Positions 47,535 through 56,170 of a DNA stretch of 64,000 nt are shown here, piece after piece. A model generated the notes under the pieces. The model ran no database searches. It saw only the letters and a program-made list of their open reading frames with translations, and had not been told where the DNA came from. The DNA lies in NCBI GenBank assembly GCA_965204375.1, contig OZ241986.1:1248001-1312000 (forward strand). The letters run 5' to 3'. The position numbers were made by a program, and so were the translations under genes. The stretch's first letter is position 1. Each line of letters begins with the position of its first letter. This stretch comes from Candidatus Latescibacterota bacterium. Lineage in GTDB: Bacteria; Latescibacterota; UBA2968.

Positions 47535-48581
47535 ATGAAAATTACAAAGGTCGAGCAGATGCGCGTGTTCGTGCCCTGGCAGGATTCCTATAAAGAGCCG
47601 ATGGTGTCCTGGCGGGGGATGAGCGGCACAACGCCGGAGGAAGAGGATTCCTATGTGATTGTGCAGGTGCATACCGACGAGGGCATTGTGGGGATTGGGG
47701 AGGGGGGGCGTTCGATGGCACAGACCGAGCAGCAGGCGCAGCAGTATATCGGCAAGAATCCGATGGAACTGGATATGTTTAACCTCGGGCGACCCTGGGC
47801 ACATGCTTTTCTCGATATTGCGGGCAAGGCGCTGGGGGTACCGGCCTATCGGCTGATTGGCAACGGCAAGCACAGAGACCGGGTTCCGGTGGATTACTGG
47901 TCGCCTTATCTGCCTCCGGAAGAGACCCGCAAACACGCCGAGGAGGGTGCAAAGCGGGGGTTTAAGCTACACAAGATCAAGGCGCGTCCCTGGGATACGG
48001 TGTGGCAGGTGAAGGTGATGACCGAGGCAGGCGGGCGGGACTACAAGATCCGCATAGATCCAAATGAGAAGTTCAATACCCTGTCGGAGACAGTGCGCAT
48101 TGACGATGCGTTGCAGGAGCATCCCAATGTGGAATGCTTTGAAGACCCCGTGCCCAAGGCGCATCCGGAGTGGTACGGGATTTTGCGGCAGAAGTGTCGG
48201 GCGCCTCTGGCGATTCACACCACGGATACGCGGTTGATTCTGAACCATTTGCGACACAATGGAATAGATATTGTCAATGTAGGGGGTACGATCAACCGGG
48301 TGATCCGGGCCGCGGCAATGGCCGAGGCAGCCGGATGCCCTGTGTGGATCCAGATGGAGGGGCACTGCTATGCGATCCAGGCGGCGTTTAACGCACACAT
48401 AGGCGCGGCTGTGCCAAATGCCACGCTGCCCTACGGGATGCGCCCATTTATCCGGGAAGCGTGTATTACAAAAGAGGGCTACGGATTTGCCGTGGAAGAC
48501 GCACACATGCCCGTGCCCGAAGACCCGGGGCTGGGCATTTCGCTGGATCTAAAGATGTGCGAGAAATTTCGGATCGAGTGA
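47535..48581 (+). CDS. Mandelate racemase/muconate lactonizing (enolase superfamily) enzyme
   Basis: TDEGIVGIGE, DIAGKALGVP, HKIK, DPN, FEDP, PGLG. Confidence 0.9.
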   Translation: MKITKVEQMRVFVPWQDSYKEPMVSWRGMSGTTPEEEDSYVIVQVHTDEGIVGIGEGGRSMAQTEQQAQQYIGKNPMELDMFNLGRPWAHAFLDIAGKALGVPAYRLIGNGKHRDRVPVDYWSPYLPPEETRKHAEEGAKRGFKLHKIKARPWDTVWQVKVMTEAGGRDYKIRIDPNEKFNTLSETVRIDDALQEHPNVECFEDPVPKAHPEWYGILRQKCRAPLAIHTTDTRLILNHLRHNGIDIVNVGGTINRVIRAAAMAEAAGCPVWIQMEGHCYAIQAAFNAHIGAAVPNATLPYGMRPFIREACITKEGYGFAVEDAHMPVPEDPGLGISLDLKMCEKFRIE

Positions 48582-48584
48582 TGC

Positions 48585-49328
48585 CTATATGCTCCGCCCG
48601 CCATCTACAATGAGATTTTCTCCCGTGACAAAGGGGCTGAGGATGAGTCCGAGGATGGCGTCGGCGCAGTCTTCGCCCGTTGCGACACGGCCCATTGGCG
48701 TGGCTTCCAGGTGGAGTTTGCGGAAGGCATCCCAGCCGATTCCCCAGCGCGTATCGACAAAGCCCGGGGAGATGGCGTTGACCTGGATCTCGGGCGCTTG
48801 ACTGGTAGCCAGAGAGTTTGTCAGGCATATCAGCGCGGCTTTGGATGCGGAATAGGCAATTGAACTGCCCTTTCCGGAGATACCGGAGATGGAAGCGACG
48901 TTGACGATGCTTCCACCGCCACTTTCTTTCATCTTTGGGATTGCTGCCCTGGCTGCGAAGAAGGCGCCCTTCACATTGACGGCCATTGCGCGATCCCAAT
49001 CCGCCTCGGTCAGGTTTTCCAGATCCTCCAGTGGCACAAAACGCGTCATGCCCGCGCTGTTGACGAGAATGTCGAGGCGGCCGAGGTCATCGACTACGCG
49101 ATCTACCATTTGCCGAACGGCTGAGTCGTCCGATACGTCTGCTTTGACGGCGATGGCTTTGCGCCCCAGTGCTTCGATATCCGCACAGGTTTTGTTGGCG
49201 TCATCTTCAGACCGGCTGTAGTTGACGGCGACGTCTGCGCCTTCTGTGGCGAATAGCAGCGATGTCGCGCGACCAATGCCCGTTCCTCCTCCAGTGACAA
49301 GTGCTACTTTGCCATCGAGTTTTCCCAT
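48585..49328 (-). CDS. Short-chain dehydrogenase/reductase
   Basis: TGGGTGIG, VNSAG, YSASK, VDGG. Confidence 0.93.
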   Translation of the reverse strand: MGKLDGKVALVTGGGTGIGRATSLLFATEGADVAVNYSRSEDDANKTCADIEALGRKAIAVKADVSDDSAVRQMVDRVVDDLGRLDILVNSAGMTRFVPLEDLENLTEADWDRAMAVNVKGAFFAARAAIPKMKESGGGSIVNVASISGISGKGSSIAYSASKAALICLTNSLATSQAPEIQVNAISPGFVDTRWGIGWDAFRKLHLEATPMGRVATGEDCADAILGLILSPFVTGENLIVDGGRSI

Positions 49329-49364
49329 GGTGACTCCCTTCAATATTGTGTGTAAAATCGCTTT

Positions 49365-49396
49365 AATTAGGCGAAGATATGCCCAAATGTCAATTG
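49365..49396 (-). promoter_or_regulatory. 32-bp promoter/operator-like motif, copy 2
   Basis: AATTAGGCGAAGATATGCCCAAATGTCAATTG in the SDR/PhyH divergent spacer. Confidence 0.65.
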
Positions 49397-49516
49397 GGTT
49401 CTTACTGACCCCAAGAGTGGAAAAAGACGTCGCTCGACTCTGATACGGCGTTTTTTTATTTTATTTTTCAAATTTAATGGCCATATTGGGATTACAAGGC
49501 GAAGACCACAGGAGAT

Positions 49517-50302
49517 TTGGCTATGACCCCCGAAGAAAAATTCATGTTTGACCTCGAAGGTTATCTCGTCGTCAGAAATGTGTTGTCTAAAGAGGAAGTT
49601 GATCAATGCAATGAAGTCGCAAATCGCATCGCGCGCGACCAGTTTGAAATCTATCGAGACGATGGGCTTAAACTCGCCCGAAATATCACGCTGTGGGATC
49701 CCTGCGTTCAGAGTCTCATAGATCATCCCAAAATTATCCCTTATTTGATCGAACTTTTGGGACCGAGTATCCACTTTGATCAGGATTATTGCATTTTTTT
49801 GGACAAAGGAGGTTCCAAAGGTCCGCTGCACGCCGGTACGATGAAATCGAAAACGGAATTATTCCCATTTTTTTACACGTATCGCGATGGCATCATGCGC
49901 AACGGTTTGACAACATTTGTCTATGCACTCACGCCCGTGCGAAAAGGCGATGGCGGTTTTTGCTGTATTCCAGGCTCGCACAAGTCCAACTTCCAACTCG
50001 ACATTCCCGAAGATGTTATGTATTTCAAACGGCCCGCCCATTATGTCGTACAACCCGAATTAGAGCCAGGAGACTTGATCATTTTTACGGAGGCGACAGT
50101 GCATGGTACTATGCCCTGGACAGCAAATCACGAGCGCCGGTCATTTCTCTTTAAGTACAATCCAGGGAATACGGTTTCATGGGCGAATTATTACAATATA
50201 GATGACTACGATCACTTGACGGAGAACCAAAAATGCATGATGATGCCGCCGGGAGGCCATGGACCACAGAAGCCTCCAAGGCCCAATGTCATTGTGCCAT
50301 AA
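49517..50302 (+). CDS. PhyH-family Fe(II)/2OG enzyme with HxG motif
   Basis: FDLEGYLV, LIDHP, LHAG, IPGSHKSN, PGDLIIFTEATVHGT. Confidence 0.9.
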   Translation: MAMTPEEKFMFDLEGYLVVRNVLSKEEVDQCNEVANRIARDQFEIYRDDGLKLARNITLWDPCVQSLIDHPKIIPYLIELLGPSIHFDQDYCIFLDKGGSKGPLHAGTMKSKTELFPFFYTYRDGIMRNGLTTFVYALTPVRKGDGGFCCIPGSHKSNFQLDIPEDVMYFKRPAHYVVQPELEPGDLIIFTEATVHGTMPWTANHERRSFLFKYNPGNTVSWANYYNIDDYDHLTENQKCMMMPPGGHGPQKPPRPNVIVP

Positions 50303-50320
50303 TACACAAAGGAGGCGGCG

Positions 50321-51313
50321 ATGAAAGCAGCTGTTTATTGCGGTCCGTATGATATTCAGGTGGCAGATGTGCCAGAGCCGGAAATCAATGCAAATGAGAT
50401 TCTGGTGAAGGTGAAGGCGTGTGGGATCTGTGGGTCGGATCTGCACGCTTATCGCATCGGGCTGTTTGAAGATTCTTTGGGACGCCCGACGGAAAAGGGT
50501 CTCGTCATGGGGCACGAGTTTAGCGGTGAGGTTGTAGAGACGGGGCGAGATGTGCAGCGGTTTCGAGTGGGCGACCATATTTCTGGCGGGGGATTGGGCG
50601 GGTTTGCCGAATATCTTCCCCTGGAAGTCAATCCCAATCGTCCCTACAGGTTGCCCGAAACGATTAGCTTTGAAGAAGGCGCGATGATGGAGCCTCTCGC
50701 CACGTCGGTACACGCAGTGGGTCTGGCAAAGCCCATTGAGGAAGAAACTGTTGTTATTCTGGGCGTTGGGATTATTGGCCTGGGATGTATTCAGGTCATT
50801 CGGGCAACGGCAGGTGGGCGCATTATTGCGGTTGATACGTCACCGAAGCGGCTGGCTATGGCGCGCCAATTGGGTGCGGATGAGATCGTGAATTTGACAG
50901 AGGTAGATCCCGTGGAAGCTGTTATTGAACTTACGGGTGGTGAGAGACCTGTGGAAAGATTCGGTGCGCGGGGAGGAAATGCCGATGTGGTAATCGATAG
51001 TGCTGGTGCGAAAGCCTCGCCGAATCAGGGGTTGACGATGCTAAAACAACAAGATGGCCGTCTCGTTCCCGTCGCGTTATTTGAAGATCAACCCGAACTC
51101 GATTTCAATCAGGTGGTGCGCAAGCAAGTGACGCTTCAGGGGTCATGGTCATGGACCCCCGATGACTACATGCGGGGGATTGAACTCGTCAGGACAGGAA
51201 AAATTGATCGCAAGCCTCTCGTTTCTCACGCTTTTCCACTCGACCAGGCACCCGAAGCCTTTGCGACACAGGCAAAACCAGGTGCTGCGATTAAGACCTT
51301 GATAAAACCGTGA
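50321..51313 (+). CDS. Zinc-dependent medium-chain dehydrogenase
   Basis: GICGSD, GHEFSG, GVGIIG; the structural-zinc Cys loop is absent. Confidence 0.92.
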   Translation: MKAAVYCGPYDIQVADVPEPEINANEILVKVKACGICGSDLHAYRIGLFEDSLGRPTEKGLVMGHEFSGEVVETGRDVQRFRVGDHISGGGLGGFAEYLPLEVNPNRPYRLPETISFEEGAMMEPLATSVHAVGLAKPIEEETVVILGVGIIGLGCIQVIRATAGGRIIAVDTSPKRLAMARQLGADEIVNLTEVDPVEAVIELTGGERPVERFGARGGNADVVIDSAGAKASPNQGLTMLKQQDGRLVPVALFEDQPELDFNQVVRKQVTLQGSWSWTPDDYMRGIELVRTGKIDRKPLVSHAFPLDQAPEAFATQAKPGAAIKTLIKP

Positions 51314-51335
51314 GTAATTATGAAGAGGAGAAAGC

Positions 51336-52493
51336 ATGAAGATTACCGATGTTCAAGCCTGTGTGATTGGCAGACCCGAACCCCACAGTGGTGGGTGTGT
51401 GTGGACATTTGTCCGGATATATACCGACGAAGGCATTGTGGGTACGGGCGAATGCAATTCAGCCTCGTATTACACGGGATTTGGTTTGAAAGAATCGATT
51501 TTAAAAATGAAGGGGATGTTGATTGGTGAAGACCCGATGAATGTGGGGCCGTTGTACGAGAAAATGCGTCGTCGAGGGCGGTATGCGGGTACTACCCATG
51601 CACCGCTGATTTTTGCACTGACCGGCATCGAAAATGCTTTGTACGATATTGTAGGTAAGGCGTTGGGGGTGCCAATTTATCAGTTGTTGGGGGGCAAGTT
51701 TCGCGATAAGATCCGGCTCTACGCCGATTGTCACGCTGGGGATTCGGCCACGCCAGAGGCGTATGCAGAGAAGGCACTGAGCGTCGTAGAGGAAGGCTAC
51801 AGCGCGGTAAAATTTGATGTGGATCATTCGGGTGTGGGCAAGCTGGATCCGATGAATTGGACGGTGGGAGCACGGGAAATGACGCATGTGATTAAATTGA
51901 TCCGTGCGATTCGCGAGGGCATTGGTTTCGATATTGATTTGGCGATTGATTGCCACGGTCAGTTTGATTTGCCCTCGGCGATTACGCTGGCAAAAGCTGT
52001 GGAAGATGTGCGGTTGATGTGGTTGGAAGAGCCAGTACCTGCTGAGAATATTGATGCGTTGGTTCAAGTGCGTGCATCTACGAGTACGGTCATTTGTACA
52101 GGTGAAAATCATTACACTCGTTTTGAGTTTTTGGAGATGTTCAGACAAAAAGCAGTGGATATCATTATGCCTGATTTGGCCAAATCGGGTGGCATTATGG
52201 AGGCCAAGCGCATTGCCGAAATTGCCGATGCGCATTATATCCCCATTGCGCCACATAATGTGTCGTCACCCCTGGGCATGATGGCTGCGTGTCACGTAAT
52301 GGCGACAGTTCCCAACTTTTTTGTGCTCGAATTTCACGGGCGCGACATTCCGTGGTGGGCCGATCTGTGTGGAGGCGAAGAATTTATCAAAGGAGGCTGG
52401 ATGGCTGTCTCTGACAAACCCGGTATTGGCGTAGAGTTAGATCCTGCCGTCGCCAAAACACTGCTGGCTGACGGGGATACCTATTTTGATTGA
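51336..52493 (+). CDS. Enolase-superfamily acid-sugar dehydratase (galactonate dehydratase-like)
   Basis: KFD, DCHG, WLEEP, TGEN, APHN, PGIGVELD. Confidence 0.9.
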   Translation: MKITDVQACVIGRPEPHSGGCVWTFVRIYTDEGIVGTGECNSASYYTGFGLKESILKMKGMLIGEDPMNVGPLYEKMRRRGRYAGTTHAPLIFALTGIENALYDIVGKALGVPIYQLLGGKFRDKIRLYADCHAGDSATPEAYAEKALSVVEEGYSAVKFDVDHSGVGKLDPMNWTVGAREMTHVIKLIRAIREGIGFDIDLAIDCHGQFDLPSAITLAKAVEDVRLMWLEEPVPAENIDALVQVRASTSTVICTGENHYTRFEFLEMFRQKAVDIIMPDLAKSGGIMEAKRIAEIADAHYIPIAPHNVSSPLGMMAACHVMATVPNFFVLEFHGRDIPWWADLCGGEEFIKGGWMAVSDKPGIGVELDPAVAKTLLADGDTYFD

Positions 52494-52512
52494 GGTTATA
52501 TTACCCAGGGCG

Positions 52513-53220
52513 TTAGATGCGTTCAATATCGCGCAAGATCCAGGACAGCAGGGTGAATGTGACAAAGATGGGGCGTCTTTGTGGATCGAATACATAGTGG
52601 ATGGGTAATGTGCCGTATCCCGTGTGGCGAAAAGAGAAGAAGGATTGGCCTCTAACCTCGATTTGTGCGGGACCGTGAAGTAGTTGATCTGTTTTGCAGT
52701 ACGTGAGTTCGTCGATGGTTGTAAACGCTTCATTCAGAGGATTGGCTCGATTGGCGAGCGAAAAGGGGAGGATCCATTGACACGATATGGGGATATCCGC
52801 CGAGAGGTGCTTTTTGCCCGCTGTGCCATTCATTTCTATGGTCGCGTCCCGAACTCTGCCGTTTACGAGCAGGCGTTTATCTGACGTTTCTGCCTGGTAC
52901 CAGTCGAGTTTCCAGTTTTGGATTGATTCTCCAATGCGCTCATCCCGCGCTGTTGTGACGGTTGCTTCGTAAATTTCCCGACCACCGCCATTGCGTTTTT
53001 CAACGATCTGGTATTCTGCGCCGTTCTCTTTGTTGTAGCGCGAGATTTCCACTGTTCCTATTGGTCTGTCATCGGTTAAACCGTCGGGATGTGTCTTTGC
53101 CCACTGTAGAATTTCATAGGTCAATTTGCAATTGGAGTCCAATTGAACGGTTTGTTCAGGGGCATCGTAGTTTTGCAATTGCCCGGCGATTGCGTTGAGT
53201 TCGGCTGGTATGGTGTTCAT
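52513..53220 (-). CDS. Hypothetical beta-rich protein coupled to the sulfatase
   Basis: ATGA overlap with the sulfatase stop, GAGG RBS; no motif recognised. Confidence 0.7.
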   Translation of the reverse strand: MNTIPAELNAIAGQLQNYDAPEQTVQLDSNCKLTYEILQWAKTHPDGLTDDRPIGTVEISRYNKENGAEYQIVEKRNGGGREIYEATVTTARDERIGESIQNWKLDWYQAETSDKRLLVNGRVRDATIEMNGTAGKKHLSADIPISCQWILPFSLANRANPLNEAFTTIDELTYCKTDQLLHGPAQIEVRGQSFFSFRHTGYGTLPIHYVFDPQRRPIFVTFTLLSWILRDIERI

Positions 53221-54527
53221 GATCCCACCTCCTCTGTCCATCCATTTCCACGTTTGAGATTTTCCATTCTCTCTTCTCTTATTCTATCTCTTTCGCCCGT
53301 TTTGTCAGGTCCGCTGTAGGGTGTGACGGTGTTTGCGTATTCGGCGAGATGTGTCGCGTGCTCGTGCTTGACGTCATCAAAGCCGGGGTCTGATGCGAGA
53401 TTGCGTTTTTCCAGAGGATCGTTTGACAGATCGTAGAGCGTGTGTTGGCCCGAGTCGTAGAGGATGGATTTGTACTGGTCGTCGCGAATGGCGATTGCAC
53501 TCGCGTTTTCTCCAATGACGCTTTCCCGCCAGATAATATCGTCATGTTCTTCGAGGAATGGGCGCAGGCTATTTGCATACGTGGTTTCGGGTAGGGGAGG
53601 TGCGCCGGCGTAATCGCAGATTGTGGCGGGGATATCCACGCCCGATATGAAGTGCGAATCGTTTTGCCCATTGGAGATACTGCCGCGTTGCGAAATGACG
53701 AGCGGTACTGCCCAGGCTTCTTCCTCAAAAAAGCCTTTCAATACTCTTTGATGATGCCCTGAGCCTTCGCCGTGGTCGGCTGTAAAGATGATGAGGGTGT
53801 TTTCAATGAGGCCATTGTTCTCCAATGTGTCGTAGATCAATCCGATCTGGGCGTCAACGGTTTCTACCATTCGATAACACTGGTAGATGTAATATCGCCA
53901 GTCTGTTTCCGACCAGTGGCCGACCCGATGCCTCTGGTTTGGCGGCATGAGACTGATTTCGAAGTTGCCGGGTAAATCGGGCAGGTCGGACAACTGAGGC
54001 TCCATGCCGTATTTTCCCACGGGTCCGTTGACGCCGCAGACATAACAGCAGTCGTGTGGGTTCAGGAGGCCGACGGATAGGAAGAAGGGGCGGGTATCAT
54101 TTGCGTGTTCGGCGATATATTGCGCTGCTGCTCGGGTAGCGCCAGAGTCTTGCAGTTCGCCGTAGGGATGTCTGTCGTAGATCACGTCAAAGCTGTTGGC
54201 AACATCTCGTCCCGTGACATGCCATTTGCCGGAATAGATGCAGTTGTAATCGGTGTGTGCTGTCAGCCACTGGCCGAGGTCGGGCAGGTTGGGATCGATG
54301 GGGAACGGATTGCTGATAACGCCGTGTTCGACAGACATGCGCCCGGTGTACCAACTCGCGCGCGCAGGACAGCAGACGGGATTGGCACTATAAGATTGCC
54401 TGAAGGACATGCCTTCTGCGATCAGACGATCCATGTTGGGTGTCGATACATCACTATTTCCATAGGCAGATATCGCGAGGTGATGTTGCTGGTCTGTGTG
54501 GATGAATACAATATTGGGTTGGCTCAT
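53217..54527 (-). CDS. Formylglycine-dependent sulfatase
   Basis: PNIVFIHTDQ, CCPAR, GKWH, NPHD, TADHG. Confidence 0.92.
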   Translation of the reverse strand: MSQPNIVFIHTDQQHHLAISAYGNSDVSTPNMDRLIAEGMSFRQSYSANPVCCPARASWYTGRMSVEHGVISNPFPIDPNLPDLGQWLTAHTDYNCIYSGKWHVTGRDVANSFDVIYDRHPYGELQDSGATRAAAQYIAEHANDTRPFFLSVGLLNPHDCCYVCGVNGPVGKYGMEPQLSDLPDLPGNFEISLMPPNQRHRVGHWSETDWRYYIYQCYRMVETVDAQIGLIYDTLENNGLIENTLIIFTADHGEGSGHHQRVLKGFFEEEAWAVPLVISQRGSISNGQNDSHFISGVDIPATICDYAGAPPLPETTYANSLRPFLEEHDDIIWRESVIGENASAIAIRDDQYKSILYDSGQHTLYDLSNDPLEKRNLASDPGFDDVKHEHATHLAEYANTVTPYSGPDKTGERDRIREERMENLKRGNGWTEEVGS

Positions 54528-54552
54528 TTTTTCTCCTGTTTTTTGTACTATA

Positions 54553-55773
54553 CTACAAAGCGGCGAAGGGCAATGCCGTTATGCCGGGACCGAGTGGAAG
54601 GTGTACATCACCGGGATGCACGACGTATCCCGGCATCGCTGTGCTCTCCAGGTCTCTTTGGAATATCTTGATGGCCGCGGCCATGGCCGGGCGTGGCGTA
54701 GCAGATAGCTTCACCTCGATCGGTACGAGCTTTCCACCGGTCTCGACTATGAAATCTACTTCCGTTCCCGCCATCGTCCTCCAAAAGTAGATCTGTGGAT
54801 CGATGCCCCGATGTGTCAATGTCCTGAAAATTTCGGAGAGCACTGCCGTTTCCATGATCGCACCTCCCATGGGACCTGAGGCGGCATGTTCGGAGTCTTT
54901 GAGGCCCGCGAGATAGCAGAGCGTGCCGACATCTGTAAAATACACTTTCGGGGTCTTAACAAGTCGCTTCCCGACATTGGCAAAGTACGGGCGCAGTACG
55001 ATCACCTGATAGGTGGCTTCGAGTACAGATAGCCAGGCTTTGGTCGTGTTGACCGCCACGCCGAGATCTCGGGCGACATCGGTCAGGTTCAAGAGTTGGG
55101 CACTTCTGCTGGCCAGGATTCGGAGAAAATTTTGATACTGAGTCAGGTCTCCAACCTGTCGCAGTGTGCGCACGTCTCGTTCGAGATAGGTCTGGATATA
55201 GCTGCCTTGCCAAAGGGATGCATCGCGGTTGGGTTGTGTCGCGAGTTCCGGGTACCCACCTCGGAGGAAGCCCTGCCACAGTTTGCCAAAGACGTTTGAC
55301 GATTTTAAAGACGACGGTTGCTCGCGCTCCCACGGAAGGGTAAGCTGCGGACGGCCCTCCATTTCCCGTCTGGAAAGCGGCAACAAGCGAAGCATTGCCG
55401 CGCGACCTGCCAAAGATTCGGTTACTTTCTCCGCGAGCAACAAATTTTGTGAACCCGTCAACAGGTATTGGCCGGTTTCGCGTCGGTTCGCATCTATCCT
55501 CTCTTTGATATAGGGTAGCAACTCAGGGGCGTACTGCACCTCATCAAAGATAACAGGAGGCGGATACATTTCCAGGAAACTGCGCGGGTCTTGCAGGGCG
55601 GAAGCCTGAATGTCCAGAGGCTCCAGAGATATATACCTGCAACGCCTGCCAAAGAGATGTTGGAGGAGCGTTGTCTTGCCAGACTGGCGCGGTCCGGTCA
55701 ATACGACAGCGGGAAATTCGGAAGCAGCCCTCGTGAGGATGGGTTCCAGCGAACGTTTGATGTAGTTTTGCAT
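54553..55773 (-). CDS. AAA_14 ATPase with DUF4143 C-terminal domain
   Basis: GPRQSGKT, DEVQ, LTGS, ESLAGR, GGYP, K.PKVYF.D.G, EVDF...PIEVK. Confidence 0.92.
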   Translation of the reverse strand: MQNYIKRSLEPILTRAASEFPAVVLTGPRQSGKTTLLQHLFGRRCRYISLEPLDIQASALQDPRSFLEMYPPPVIFDEVQYAPELLPYIKERIDANRRETGQYLLTGSQNLLLAEKVTESLAGRAAMLRLLPLSRREMEGRPQLTLPWEREQPSSLKSSNVFGKLWQGFLRGGYPELATQPNRDASLWQGSYIQTYLERDVRTLRQVGDLTQYQNFLRILASRSAQLLNLTDVARDLGVAVNTTKAWLSVLEATYQVIVLRPYFANVGKRLVKTPKVYFTDVGTLCYLAGLKDSEHAASGPMGGAIMETAVLSEIFRTLTHRGIDPQIYFWRTMAGTEVDFIVETGGKLVPIEVKLSATPRPAMAAAIKIFQRDLESTAMPGYVVHPGDVHLPLGPGITALPFAAL

Positions 55774-55815
55774 ATCGCGGCTTCAAATTGCGTTTGTGAC
55801 GGGTTCTCTGGGTGG

Positions 55816-55845
55816 ATAATATGCATTTCAAATGCATATTGTCAA
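55816..55845 (-). promoter_or_regulatory. Sigma70 promoter with embedded perfect palindrome (operator)
   Basis: TTGACA-N18-TATTAT on the minus strand; AATATGCATTT-C-AAATGCATATT at 55818-55840. Confidence 0.7.
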
Positions 55846-55950
55846 CTTAAATTGAGACATCTTGTGATTATTTTTTGTCTGACAGATCAATTCTGGTTGT
55901 GTATTTTGTGCTGGAATAGCTCTGTCACCCCGGTTCATGAGAAATTTGAG

Positions 55951-56157
55951 ATGGGTTATCGAGAACCTCTTGTAACTGTTATTACCGCAACAAATCCCGG
56001 CTTGCTCGCGGTGATCAAATCCGTGCTCGACGATGCTGCGATTCCCTGTATAACCCGAGGCGAGGGATTTCAAACCCTGTACGCGGCGGGGCATGTTGAC
56101 GTGCTGGTATTTGAAAGCGACGCCGAGGAAGCCAGAATACTTTTAAAGAATCTATAA
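55951..56157 (+). CDS. DUF2007-like small protein
   Basis: IKSVLDDAAIPCITRGE...VLVFESDAEEARILL. Confidence 0.75.
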   Translation: MGYREPLVTVITATNPGLLAVIKSVLDDAAIPCITRGEGFQTLYAAGHVDVLVFESDAEEARILLKNL

Positions 56158-56170
56158 AGAAGGATCTTAT

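Noticed and set aside
55591-55950. 188-aa ORF 55591-56157 as one protein
   Set aside because: The 5' part overlaps the AAA gene and its promoter; only the last 68 aa look like a real DUF2007 protein.
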